Part shown: positions 10,008-19,823 of the stretch, piece after piece
How the letters are laid out: every line of letters begins with the position of its first letter
Numbering within the stretch: the stretch's first letter is position 1
NCBI GenBank assembly: GCA_045863855.1
Contig: BTVV01000003.1
Location: 32,001-96,000 of the forward strand
Origin: Planctomycetota bacterium
GTDB lineage: Bacteria > Planctomycetota > SZUA-567 > H5-PLA8
Length of the DNA stretch: 64,000 nucleotides
Direction: 5' to 3'
Program-made: the position numbers and the translations under genes
The notes under the pieces: generated by a model
What the model was told of the DNA's origin: nothing
The model's database searches: none
What the model saw: the letters and a program-made list of their open reading frames with translations, nothing else

Positions 10008-10035
10008 TTGCACACGCGCGTGGGCTAGGTATTCT
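10008..10035 (+). promoter_or_regulatory. possible sigma70-like promoter of rpsO-pnp
   Basis: TTGCAC-16 nt-TATTCT directly after the terminator. Confidence 0.4.
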
Positions 10036-10183
10036 CCGAAGCCCAGAGAGTGAGCGCGTGAAGAACAAGGCGGTGTGCTCCATCGAGGGAGTGCGCCGAG
10101 GTCTCCGGTGTGGAGATCCAGTCGGGTCTGTGACATTGACCCGCCGAAGGATGAGTCCGTTGGGTGGAGCGATTTAAAGTCCC

Positions 10184-10453
10184 ATGCCTCTGACCGTAGA
10201 AAAACGTCAGGAACTGGTGAAGCAGTACCAGCGCAACGACAAGGACACCGGGAGTTGCGAGGTCCAGGTGGCGCTGCTTACCGAGCAGATCCAGAGCATG
10301 ACCGGACATTTGAAAACGCACCGCTTGGATAATCATTCCCGGCGCGGGTTGGAGGCCATGGTCTCCAAGCGTACCCGCCTTCTTACCTACCTCCGCAATA
10401 CGGATGCGGGGCGTTACAAGGCGCTGATCGAGCGTCTTGGGCTGCGCAAGTAG
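10184..10453 (+). CDS. rpsO: 30S ribosomal protein S15
   Basis: [26 protein letters not shown]; 89 aa; upstream of pnp. Confidence 0.98.
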   Translation: MPLTVEKRQELVKQYQRNDKDTGSCEVQVALLTEQIQSMTGHLKTHRLDNHSRRGLEAMVSKRTRLLTYLRNTDAGRYKALIERLGLRK

Positions 10454-10575
10454 CCCCTTCACCGCTTGTTTTGGTATGAGCAGCAGGATGCCTCGCGGCG
10501 GGTTTGTGCCCGTCGCGCGATGGCGTTGGCTGCATTGCCGGCGGCCGGGCCGCCAGAGCGAAAGGATTGGGATAG

Positions 10576-12780
10576 ATGAATCACGTCGTTGTGGAGCGTG
10601 AGATCGGCGGTCGTACGCTGCGGATCGAAACGGGCAAGTGGGCGAAGCAGGCGGCCGGTTCGGCGGTGGTGACGCTGGGCGAGACGATGGTGCTGGCGGC
10701 GGTGGCCGAGCAGCCGTTACGGGAAGGCATGGACTTCTTTCCGATGACGGTGGATTACCGGGAGCGCGGTTACGCGGCGGGGATGATTTTCGGCGGGCGC
10801 TTCATGAAGCGCGAGAGCCGGCCCAGCGAAAAAGAAATTCTGACGATGCGGCTGATCGACCGGCATATCCGGCCGCTCTGGCCCAACGGTTACGCCAGCG
10901 ACGTGCTGATCCAGTGTCTGGTGCTTTCGGCGGAGCAGGACGTGGATCCGGACGTGGTGGCGATGATCGCGACGAGCGCCTCGCTGGCCGTATCGAACCT
11001 GCCATTCCAGGGTCCGACGGGCGGCGTGCGCATCGGCTGCGTGGACGGCCAGTACGTGGTCAATCCGGGCATCGAAGCGCTGAAGAAGTCGACGATCGAG
11101 CTGGTGGTCGCGGGCACGAAGCATGCGGTGACGATGGTCGAAGCCGGCGCGCAGTGCGTGACGGAAGATCAGATGTTCGGCGCGATCCAGCATGGGCACG
11201 AAGTGATCAAGACGATCGTAGGGGCGATCGAGGAACTGGCCTCCAAGGGCGGGGCGAAGAAGCTCGAGTTCGCCGAGACGCCGTCCGATCCGCTGGTGAA
11301 CGACCTGTGGGGCAAGCACGAAGCCGAGTTCATGACGGCGGGATACACGGAAACGAAGTTCGGCCGGGCCAAGGCGCGCAAGGCGCTGACCGAGAAGATG
11401 GTGGCAACGTACGCGGCGAAGGACGAGACCGAAGAGAAGTCCGGCAAGCCGAGTAAGGGGCGCGTGAAGGAGCTTTGCAGCGCGCTTTGGGAGCGGACGA
11501 TCCGCAAGATGATCACGCTGGACAAGCGCTGCGACGGACGTTCGCGCAAGGGCATCCGCCCGATCTGGTGCGAGGTGCAGTTGCTGCCCCGCGCGCACGG
11601 TTCGGCGCTGTTCACGCGCGGCGAGACGCAGGCGCTGGTGGCGATGACGCTGGGCACGGTGGACGACCAGCAGCTCGTGGAGAGCCTGACGGGCGAGTTC
11701 AACGAACGCTTCCTGTTGCATTACAACTTCCCGAGCTTCTGCGTGGGCGAAGTGAAGATGCCGCGCGGTCCGGGACGGCGCGAGATCGGGCACGGCCGGC
11801 TGGCCAAGCGCGGTCTGGAAGCGATGCTGCCGGACTACGAGAAGTTCCCGTACACGATCCGCTTGGTGAGCGAAATCCTGGAGTCGAACGGGTCGAGCTC
11901 GATGGCGACGGTCTGCGGCGGGACTTTGGCGCTGTACGACGCGGGCGTGCCGATGAAGGCGCCGGTGGCGGGCATCGCGATGGGCCTGGTGGAAGAGGGC
12001 GGGAAGCACTACGTCATCAGCGACATTCTGGGCGACGAAGACCATTACGGCGACATGGACTTCAAAGTGGCCGGCACGAAGGACGGGATCACGGCGCTGC
12101 AGATGGACATCAAGAGCAGCGGGGTTCCGAGCGACGTGATGCGCCAGGCGCTGGATCAGGCGCGCGAAGGGCGCATTCACATCCTCGACCAGATGGCGCA
12201 GACGATGGCGGCTCCGCGCGAGCAGATTTCGGAGCACGCTCCGAAGATCGTGCAGCTCAAGATCGACCAGGAGAAGATCGGCAAGCTGATCGGCCCCGGC
12301 GGCAAGACGATCCGCGGGCTGGAAGAGAAGTACGGCGTGACGATCAACGTGGAAGACACGGGGAACGTGGTGGTGGCGGCTCCGAAGCGCGACAAGGCGG
12401 ACGAGGTCGCGGCGCTGATCGAAGCGATCTGCGGGACTCCGGAAGTGGGCCGCGTGTACCACGGCGAAGTGGTCAACATCAAGGATTTCGGCGTCTTCGT
12501 CGAGATCATGCCGGGCGTGGACGGGATGTGCCACGTTTCGGAACTGGATGTGGCCTACGTCAAGAGCCCCGGCGATGTGGTGAAGGTGGGTGACAAGATC
12601 GACGTGAAGTTGATCTCGATCGACGACCTGGGCCGGATGAAGCTGTCGCGTAAGGCGCTTCTGATCGAGCAAGGCGTACCGGTACCGCCGCGTCCGGAAG
12701 GGGCTGAGGACCGTGGCGGCGGTGGCGGCGGCGGGCGCGATCGGCGACCTCCGCGCCGGCGCGAAGGCAGTCCGGAGTAA
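10576..12780 (+). CDS. pnp: polyribonucleotide nucleotidyltransferase (PNPase)
   Basis: DFFPMTVDY, RREIGHG, ESNGSSSMA, DHYGDMDFKVAGT, KH domain (IGPGGK) and S1 domain. Confidence 0.98.
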   Translation: MNHVVVEREIGGRTLRIETGKWAKQAAGSAVVTLGETMVLAAVAEQPLREGMDFFPMTVDYRERGYAAGMIFGGRFMKRESRPSEKEILTMRLIDRHIRPLWPNGYASDVLIQCLVLSAEQDVDPDVVAMIATSASLAVSNLPFQGPTGGVRIGCVDGQYVVNPGIEALKKSTIELVVAGTKHAVTMVEAGAQCVTEDQMFGAIQHGHEVIKTIVGAIEELASKGGAKKLEFAETPSDPLVNDLWGKHEAEFMTAGYTETKFGRAKARKALTEKMVATYAAKDETEEKSGKPSKGRVKELCSALWERTIRKMITLDKRCDGRSRKGIRPIWCEVQLLPRAHGSALFTRGETQALVAMTLGTVDDQQLVESLTGEFNERFLLHYNFPSFCVGEVKMPRGPGRREIGHGRLAKRGLEAMLPDYEKFPYTIRLVSEILESNGSSSMATVCGGTLALYDAGVPMKAPVAGIAMGLVEEGGKHYVISDILGDEDHYGDMDFKVAGTKDGITALQMDIKSSGVPSDVMRQALDQAREGRIHILDQMAQTMAAPREQISEHAPKIVQLKIDQEKIGKLIGPGGKTIRGLEEKYGVTINVEDTGNVVVAAPKRDKADEVAALIEAICGTPEVGRVYHGEVVNIKDFGVFVEIMPGVDGMCHVSELDVAYVKSPGDVVKVGDKIDVKLISIDDLGRMKLSRKALLIEQGVPVPPRPEGAEDRGGGGGGGRDRRPPRRREGSPE

Positions 12781-12815
12781 GGCTGACCTTTCGTTAGTAA
12801 ACTTAATAAAGTGGG

Positions 12816-12850
12816 ATACGCCCCGTGCATGCACGGGGCGTATTTTTTTT
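12816..12850 (+). terminator. intrinsic terminator after pnp
   Basis: ATACGCCCCGTGC/GCACGGGGCGTAT inverted repeat followed by a T-run. Confidence 0.9.
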
Positions 12851-12966
12851 ATTGGCCTGGGGACCCTTTTTAGTCCTTGTTTCGAGACTATAATGATACG
12901 TGCACGCACTGACTTTGGGTGCGTTCGGCGGTGTAAAGACAGTAGAGTCACCCCTTGGACGCTTCG

Positions 12967-14631
12967 ATGCTTCCGATTCGCCATCCCCACAGCCTATTCG
13001 TTCTGCTCGCGGCGCTGGCGCCGTTGGTTTGTCCGGGCGCGGCGCGGGGCGGCGAGGTCTCGGCGGATTCTCCGGAGAGCGGCGATTGGCTGCGGGTGGA
13101 GCCGTCGGATTTCACGGTGGTCTGCCGCGAGGACGGCTGGCTGCTTCCGGTCAAGGTGACGACGATCGGGTTCATGACCTCGGGCAGTCTGGCCTGGATG
13201 GTCGAAGAAGGGACGCGGGTGAAGAAGGGCGATACGATCGCGCGGCTGGATACGGCTCAACTGGAAACCACGATCGAGGCGATTCGGGACGAGCTGGCGG
13301 TGGCGGAGCGGGATCTGGCGCAGCAGCAGCAGGCGCGCGAACTGGAGGTGAAGCGCCTGGACGCGGAGTTGCAGGCGGAGCGCGACAAGGCGGCGCTGGC
13401 CGAGATGAAAGAGCGCGAGGCGATCGAGCATCCGACGGAGCTGGAGCGCGAAGAGGCGGCGAATTTGAAGGCGGGGGCCGAGGCGCGGGTGGCGGCGGCG
13501 CGCGCGGACTGGGAAGCGATGCGGCCGCTGATCGAGAAGGGCTACGCGAACCGTTCGGATCTGGAAGCGAAGGAGTTGGCGCTGAAGCTGGCGGAGACGG
13601 AGCTGGAGCGCGCGCAGATGCAGGCGCGTGCGATCCTGGACGGCGCGCGTTCGGAAACACGGCGGCGGGCGGCGCTGGAGCGCTTGCAGGCGGAGACGGC
13701 GCTTAAACTGAAGGATCTGGACCGGCGGTTGGCGCTCGAGAAGCTGGAAGCGAAGATTCAGAGTTTGCGTCACAAGCTGAAGCGGGTGGTGGAGAAGCGC
13801 GACGACCATATCGAACGGCTGGAGCGCTGCACGCGCACGGCGCCGCACGACGGCATCGTGGTGTACCGCGAGATCGGCTGGCGGAGCAAGAAGAAGGTCA
13901 CGCTGGGCGAGCGGGTCAACGAATGGCAGCCCCCGTTCGATCTGCCCAGCTACGACAAGATGAAGGTCCGGACGCAGGTTCCGGAAAGCGTGGTGCGGCA
14001 GCTTAAGGCGCGGCGCGAAGGCCAGGCGGGTTCGAAGGCGCTGGTGCGGATCAAGACGCTGCCGGACGTGGTGTACCACGGGGAAGTGACCTGGATCGAC
14101 GGCTGGGCGCGGGACCGTAACGCCAAGCTTTCGGACGCGGACATCAAGGCGCAGGGTCTGGCGGGGCTGCGCGTCTTCGACCTGGAAGTGGAACTCGAAG
14201 AGAGCGATCCGACGCGGCTGCGCGAGGGATTCAAAGCAAGCGTCGCGTTCCCGATCGAGACGCTTCCGAATACGCTGGCGGTACCGCGGCAGGCGGTTCG
14301 TTACGCGGGGCGGCAGGCGGTGGTCCGGGTGGCGGGGGCTTCGGGGGGCTCGGATCGTCCGGTGACGCTGGGTCCGGAATCGAACGGGCAGGTGGTGATC
14401 CGCGAGGGCTTGAAGGCGGGGGACCGGGTGTGGGTGCCGCCCGCGCCGGTGGAACGCGAAGCGCCCACGGCGGGTCCGGCGAAGGCGACGGCGGCTGGCG
14501 GAGGGGCTCCGGCGGCCGGCGGGGGCAACGGGGACGCGGGGGCGGCGCCGGCGGGGAAGACCGGCGGGGAAGGCAAACGCCGCGGCGGCGGGAAGCGTGC
14601 GGGAGGAGGCGGCCCGCCGGCGGGGCCGTGA
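12967..14631 (+). CDS. membrane fusion protein (periplasmic adaptor) 1
   Basis: Signal peptide, VEEGTRVKKGD lipoyl half, long coiled-coil hairpin, APHDGIV, LAVPRQAV, GLKAGDRV. Start may be 12955. Confidence 0.85.
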   Translation: MLPIRHPHSLFVLLAALAPLVCPGAARGGEVSADSPESGDWLRVEPSDFTVVCREDGWLLPVKVTTIGFMTSGSLAWMVEEGTRVKKGDTIARLDTAQLETTIEAIRDELAVAERDLAQQQQARELEVKRLDAELQAERDKAALAEMKEREAIEHPTELEREEAANLKAGAEARVAAARADWEAMRPLIEKGYANRSDLEAKELALKLAETELERAQMQARAILDGARSETRRRAALERLQAETALKLKDLDRRLALEKLEAKIQSLRHKLKRVVEKRDDHIERLERCTRTAPHDGIVVYREIGWRSKKKVTLGERVNEWQPPFDLPSYDKMKVRTQVPESVVRQLKARREGQAGSKALVRIKTLPDVVYHGEVTWIDGWARDRNAKLSDADIKAQGLAGLRVFDLEVELEESDPTRLREGFKASVAFPIETLPNTLAVPRQAVRYAGRQAVVRVAGASGGSDRPVTLGPESNGQVVIREGLKAGDRVWVPPAPVEREAPTAGPAKATAAGGGAPAAGGGNGDAGAAPAGKTGGEGKRRGGGKRAGGGGPPAGP

Positions 14632-14641
14632 GTGGGCGAGG

Positions 14642-16078
14642 GTGGCTTTGAAGCGTATTGCTTGGGCAGCCGGATTGGGGGCCGCGGCGGTGTTGGCCGC
14701 GGGTGTGGCGTTCGGTCTGCGCGGATCTCCGGGGTTTGGCGAAGACCCCCGGGTGGCGCGTGTGGAGTCCCGTGCGTTCGTGCAGTCGATCCGGCGCTCG
14801 GGGATGCTTACGCCTTTCAGCCAGCAGGATATCAACGCTCAAGTTCAAGGCACGCTGCTGGAGATCGTCGCGGACGGCGCGTCGGTGGCCGAAGGCGCTC
14901 AATTGTTCCTGGTGGACCCGAAACCGCACGAGGAGGCGCTGACCGAGCACGAGTCGAAGATGCGTCGCGTGCAGGCGGAGTGGACCAAGGAACGCGAGAC
15001 GCTGGCCAAGGAGCTGCAAAAGGCGCGCAGCGAGCAGGAAGACCGGCGCCTGAAGCTGGACCTCGAGACGCTGCGCCTGAAAGAGATGGAACTGGGGCCG
15101 AGCACGAGCGACGAACTGAACGCGAAGAACCAGCTCGAGAACGCGCGAAACCTGTTCGAGGCGTTGAGCGAAGAGCTGACGATTCTGGAAAGCCTGGCCC
15201 AGGACGGGTTCGTCTCGGAGGCCGAACTGCGGCAGAAGCAGCTCGATACGACCGAGCAGGGGCTGAAGGTGAAGGACGCGGAGATCAAGTACCGCAAGCT
15301 GCACCAGCCTGATCCGATCAAGGTGGGGGAGCAGAAGCTGAAGGTCCAGGAAGCGTCGAAGGCGCGTGAGCGGGCGGCGGAGCGGGTGGAGGTTTTGGAT
15401 CGGAATAAGGCTCAGGCGGAGGAGCGCTTCAAGGCGCGCTGGACGGCCGAAGAGAAGCGGTTGGCGGACCTGAAAGCGAACATCGGCAAGACGAAGCACG
15501 TCGCGCCGACGCCGGGCGTGGCGATGGTGCAGTCGCGCTGGGGGATGCGCTACGGACCGGGGGCGGAGGTGCAGCCGGGACGGGACGTGATCCGTCTGAG
15601 CGATTTGAGGCGGATGAAGGCGGTGCTGACGGTGGACGAAGGGCGGATCGGGCGCGTCACGAAAGGTCAAGCGGCGCGGCTTTATCTGCCGGGTCTTCCG
15701 GACCGCGCGTTCGCGGGGAAGATCGTGCGGGTGGCCGAGAAAGGGCGGGACGAATTCGAGAGCTTGCGCGGCGAGACGCGCGAGTACACGGGGATGGCGG
15801 AGCGGCAGGTCTTCGACGTGGAAGTGGAACTGACGGAGGAATCGGACGCGCTGCGGCCGGGTCTGCGGGTGGAGGTGGAACTGGAACTGGGCCGCCTGGA
15901 AAAGGCGCTGGTGGTTCCGCGCGCGGCGCTGGTGCGCGAAAAGGACGCGGTGTACGTGCGGCTGGTGACGAGCGCGGGATCGGAGCGGCGGAACGTGACG
16001 GTGGTGGGGGAGGACCGGCTGTACGTGGCGGTGGAGGGCGTGGAGGAGGGGGCGCGCGTATGGCTGGTGACGCCCTGA
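14642..16078 (+). CDS. membrane fusion protein 2
   Basis: N-terminal TM, VADGASVAEG, APTPGV, LRPGLRV, LVVPRAAL. Start codon uncertain (GTG 14642 chosen). Confidence 0.85.
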   Translation: MALKRIAWAAGLGAAAVLAAGVAFGLRGSPGFGEDPRVARVESRAFVQSIRRSGMLTPFSQQDINAQVQGTLLEIVADGASVAEGAQLFLVDPKPHEEALTEHESKMRRVQAEWTKERETLAKELQKARSEQEDRRLKLDLETLRLKEMELGPSTSDELNAKNQLENARNLFEALSEELTILESLAQDGFVSEAELRQKQLDTTEQGLKVKDAEIKYRKLHQPDPIKVGEQKLKVQEASKARERAAERVEVLDRNKAQAEERFKARWTAEEKRLADLKANIGKTKHVAPTPGVAMVQSRWGMRYGPGAEVQPGRDVIRLSDLRRMKAVLTVDEGRIGRVTKGQAARLYLPGLPDRAFAGKIVRVAEKGRDEFESLRGETREYTGMAERQVFDVEVELTEESDALRPGLRVEVELELGRLEKALVVPRAALVREKDAVYVRLVTSAGSERRNVTVVGEDRLYVAVEGVEEGARVWLVTP

Positions 16079-17712
16079 AGCACTCCGAGTCTTCGGGTTC
16101 GACCCGCCTGGTTCCTCCGGGCGCTCCGGAATTGAACGGCGCGTCGGCCTCGGCATTGCTGCTGGAAGCCCGATTGAGCGCGCGGCGCAAGCGGACGGCT
16201 CGGCGGCGCGGGCTGCTGGCGGCGCTGGGGGTGGCGGCGTTATGCGCGCTGGGCTGGTGGCTGGGCAGCGCGCGGCCCGAAGCCGGGACCTGGTACAAAG
16301 TCGAGCGCAAGACGCTGCTGCTGACGCAACACGAGTTGGGCGAGGTGGTGGCGCGCCTGGAAACGCCGGTGCTTTCTACGTTTTCCGGGGAAGTGGTCTG
16401 GAAGATCGAGGAAGGGACGAACGTGCACGCGGGCGAACCGATCGTGCGCTTCGACGCCACACGCGCGAAAGATGACCTGAGCGAGCGCGAGAAAGACCTT
16501 TTCGACAAAGAACAGAACGTGCAGCAGGTGCGGCGGGACGCCGAAGCGGTGGCGGAGCGCTACGCGCTGGAATTAAGCCGCCGCGCGGCGGCGCTGGAGT
16601 TGGCGCAGATCGCTCGGGCGGAGACGTACGAGCATCCCACGGCCGATGAGCGGCTGACGGCGGACCTGGACCTGCGCAGCGCGGAACTGAAGCATTCGAA
16701 GGTACTCTCGGATTACCTGAGCCACGAGGATTTGAACCGGGCGGGGTTCGTCACGGAAGCGGTGCTGAAGCAGAAGCGGCTGGCGTGGGCGCGCGAGAAG
16801 GCGGAGCTGGCGAAGGCGAAGATTTTGCATCAGCTCACGCTGGCCGGATCGAGCCGGGACAGCAAGCGTCTGGCGGATCTGGCGGTGGCGGAGGCCGAGT
16901 TGAATCTGAAACTGGGGGAGTTCGAGCGCGACGCGGACGTGGCGATCGCGAAGGCGGATCTGGATCTGGCGGAAGTGGAACTGGCGGACTTCAAGCTGGG
17001 ATTGGAGCGTAAACGGCGCGAACTGGAACAGGCCGAGGTGGGGGCTCCGGTGGGCGGTCGGGTGGCGTTCGTGGACGTGTGGAAGGGATCGGACACGCTT
17101 TCTCCGATCCAGGTGGGTGAGACGCGTAACCGCGGGCAGGATCTGGCGAAGATGGTCGATACGGCGGGCCTGCGGGTGCGCGTGCTGGCGAGCGAAGCGG
17201 ACGTGCTGAAGTTGAAGGTGGGCCAGCGGGCGGAAGTGCGTCTGCCGGCATATCCGCAGCGGCTGTACAAAGCGCGCGTGGCGGAGATCGCGGTGGTGGC
17301 GACGGACAAGAACGTGGCGCTGACGCGTCTGGCGCTGCAGAAATCGGGCGAGGCGTTCGTGAACGTGGTATCGGTGTGGCTCGACTTCGACGACTTGACG
17401 GAAGCGGACCGGCAGGCGATGCGGCTGGGATTCACGGCGGAAGCGGAGATCGAGTGGGGGCGCGTGGAGTCGGCTCCGGCGATCCCGTGGGGCGCGGTGG
17501 AGTACGGGCCGGCAGGCGCGGCGTACGTGCGGGTGCGCGGCGGCTTGGGCGGGAACGAGCGTCGCGCGGTCGAACTGGGCCGGGGCAACGCGTTCTTCGT
17601 CGAAGTGCGTTCGGGCCTGAGCGAAGGTGAAGACGTTCGCGTGCCGCGGCACGCGCTGCCTCCGGAAGCTCAAGGCGCGAACGCGGGGCCTCACGAGGAG
17701 AACCGTTCGTGA
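16060..17712 (+). CDS. membrane fusion protein 3
   Basis: TM, IEEGTNVHAGE, APVGGRV, MRLGFTA, SGLSEGEDV. Confidence 0.85.
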   Translation: MAGDALKHSESSGSTRLVPPGAPELNGASASALLLEARLSARRKRTARRRGLLAALGVAALCALGWWLGSARPEAGTWYKVERKTLLLTQHELGEVVARLETPVLSTFSGEVVWKIEEGTNVHAGEPIVRFDATRAKDDLSEREKDLFDKEQNVQQVRRDAEAVAERYALELSRRAAALELAQIARAETYEHPTADERLTADLDLRSAELKHSKVLSDYLSHEDLNRAGFVTEAVLKQKRLAWAREKAELAKAKILHQLTLAGSSRDSKRLADLAVAEAELNLKLGEFERDADVAIAKADLDLAEVELADFKLGLERKRRELEQAEVGAPVGGRVAFVDVWKGSDTLSPIQVGETRNRGQDLAKMVDTAGLRVRVLASEADVLKLKVGQRAEVRLPAYPQRLYKARVAEIAVVATDKNVALTRLALQKSGEAFVNVVSVWLDFDDLTEADRQAMRLGFTAEAEIEWGRVESAPAIPWGAVEYGPAGAAYVRVRGGLGGNERRAVELGRGNAFFVEVRSGLSEGEDVRVPRHALPPEAQGANAGPHEENRS

Positions 17713-18440
17713 GCGGCGACCACGCGATCATCGAGATTCGGGATCTGGTGAAGGTGTACACGCTTCCGGGCGGTCTGGAGGTTCCGGCGCTGCGCGGGGT
17801 GACGTTCACGGTGCGGCGGGGCGAATTCGTATCAATCATGGGACAGTCGGGTTCGGGCAAAAGCACGCTGCTGCATGTGGTGGGCTGCCTGCACCAGCCG
17901 ACCGAAGGCATGTACCGTCTCGACGGCGTGGACGTGAAAGGCCTGGACGACGAGGAACTTTCGCGACTGCGCAACGAGAAGATCGGATTCGTGTTTCAGA
18001 AGTTCAATTTGCTGACGCAGGAAGACATCGTGGACAACGTGGCGCTGCCGCTGGTGTACGCGCGGGTGGGCCGCGACGAGCGGCTGAAACTGGCGCGCAA
18101 CGCGCTGCGGCTGGTGGGGCTGGGCGACCGCCTGCAGCACAAGCCCTCGGAGCTTTCGGGCGGGCAATCGCAGCGGGTGGCGATCGCTCGCGCGCTGGTG
18201 ACGGAGCCGGCGCTGCTGCTGGCGGACGAGCCGACGGGGAACCTCGACAGCCGCACGGGCGACGAGATCATGGGCGTCTTCCAGGCGCTGCACCGGATGG
18301 GCCGTACGATCGTGCAGGTGACGCACGACCGCGAGAAGGCCGAGTATTCGCAGCGGATCGTTCATTTGAAGGACGGCTTGGTGGAGCGCGAAGAGCCGAT
18401 CGCGTCGCCGCGGACGTCGGAGCATGTGGCGTTGGCGTAG
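17709..18440 (+). CDS. ABC transporter ATP-binding protein (MacB/LolD family)
   Basis: GQSGSGKS, LSGGQ, LLADEPTGNLD, VTHD. Confidence 0.95.
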   Translation: MSGDHAIIEIRDLVKVYTLPGGLEVPALRGVTFTVRRGEFVSIMGQSGSGKSTLLHVVGCLHQPTEGMYRLDGVDVKGLDDEELSRLRNEKIGFVFQKFNLLTQEDIVDNVALPLVYARVGRDERLKLARNALRLVGLGDRLQHKPSELSGGQSQRVAIARALVTEPALLLADEPTGNLDSRTGDEIMGVFQALHRMGRTIVQVTHDREKAEYSQRIVHLKDGLVEREEPIASPRTSEHVALA

Positions 18441-18453
18441 GGGTGAGGTCGAG

Positions 18454-19725
18454 ATGGACTGGTTGAGCGCGCTGCGCATCGGTTTGAAGGGGCTGGCGGT
18501 CCACAAGGTCCGCGCGGCGCTTTCGATGCTGGGGATAATCTTCGGCGTGGCGAGCGTGGTGGCGGTGATCGCGGTAAGCCAGGGCGCTCAGACGGAGATG
18601 CTGAAGCAGTTGGCGGCGCTGGGCGCGAACAACGTGATCGTGAAGGGGATCGACTGGCGCGGGAAGACGCCGGAGGAGCGGCGGCTGAAGAAGGCCGCGC
18701 GGCTGAACAGCGACGGGTTGACGGTACGCGAGGCGGAGGTGCTGGCGGCGTCGAGTCCGCTGATCGACCGTTTCGCGCCGCTGCGCCGGGTGGTCGCGAC
18801 GGTGCGGCACGGCGAGGCGGCGGTGCAGGCCGAGGTGGTGGGGACGACGCCGGATTTCCTAGAAGTGATGAATTTCAAGCTGCGCCTGGGGCGCTGGCTG
18901 AATCCGGGCGACGAGGCGGAAGCGCGTCGCGTCTGCGTGATCGAAGAGGCGCTGCAGTTCGAGAACTTCGCCGAAGCCGATACGCCGATCGGGCGGACGC
19001 TGGTGATCGATTACGAGCCGTATCTGGTGGTCGGCGTGCTGCAGGGTAAGGAAGAGACGGACGAGAAGTTCGACGTGGCGCAGGTTCGGCAGCTTAACCG
19101 GCGCGTCTACGTCCCGCTTTCTGCGGCGCTGCGGCGGACCACGCAGGCGCCGCTGGACGACGAGATCACGGAGGTGATTTACCACTGCCGCAGCTTGACC
19201 GAAGTCTCCGCGGCGAAGGTGCTGATCGACCGCTTTTACGAGACCGCGCACGGGATGTCGGGGCGTCCGCACGAGGACCGCGATTTTCAGGTGGTGGTGG
19301 CGCAGGAGTTGTTGAAGCAGGTCGAGCAGGCGCAGCAAATCTTCAACATCGTGATGCTCTGTTCGGCCGGAATTTCGCTGGTCGTCGGCGGCATCGGGAT
19401 CATGAACATCATGCTCGCGAACGTCTCGGAGCGGCGGCGCGAGGTGGGCATCCGTCGCGCGGTCGGCGCGACGAAGGCGGATATCCTCAAGCAGTTCCTG
19501 TTCGAGTCGCTGATCATCTGTCTGGTGGGTGGGATCATGGGCTGTTTGGTGGGGATCGGTTTCGCTTACTTGGTGCATCAATTGACGGGCTGGCAGGTCA
19601 CGCTGGCGCTGTGGGGCATGTTCGTGGCGGTAGGGGTGTCGCTGCTGGATGGGGTGGCGTTCGGGACGTTTCCGGCATGGAAAGCGGCGAGTCTGGACCC
19701 GATTGAGGCGCTGCGGTACGAGTAG
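18454..19725 (+). CDS. MacB-type ABC permease
   Basis: RAALSMLGIIFGVASV, VGGIGIMNIML, ERRREVGIRRAVGA, PAWKAASLDPIEALRYE. Confidence 0.95.
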   Translation: MDWLSALRIGLKGLAVHKVRAALSMLGIIFGVASVVAVIAVSQGAQTEMLKQLAALGANNVIVKGIDWRGKTPEERRLKKAARLNSDGLTVREAEVLAASSPLIDRFAPLRRVVATVRHGEAAVQAEVVGTTPDFLEVMNFKLRLGRWLNPGDEAEARRVCVIEEALQFENFAEADTPIGRTLVIDYEPYLVVGVLQGKEETDEKFDVAQVRQLNRRVYVPLSAALRRTTQAPLDDEITEVIYHCRSLTEVSAAKVLIDRFYETAHGMSGRPHEDRDFQVVVAQELLKQVEQAQQIFNIVMLCSAGISLVVGGIGIMNIMLANVSERRREVGIRRAVGATKADILKQFLFESLIICLVGGIMGCLVGIGFAYLVHQLTGWQVTLALWGMFVAVGVSLLDGVAFGTFPAWKAASLDPIEALRYE

Positions 19726-19823
19726 TCCGCACGACGTGCAACTTCTTTGTAACGTATTGTCCGAAAAGGCCTCCCACGGATAAGATACGAGGCGTCTCAA
19801 GTAGGAACCGTGGAGATGGAACG

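Noticed and set aside
10717..12990. 757-aa ORF antisense to pnp, and similar long antisense or alternate-frame ORFs (e.g. 496-2232, 12994-14835, 14231-16156, 21634-23583, 33312-34823, 46754-48208)
   Set aside because: Shadow ORFs expected in high-GC coding DNA. They are Arg/Pro/Ala-rich, have no motifs, and overlap clearly identifiable genes.
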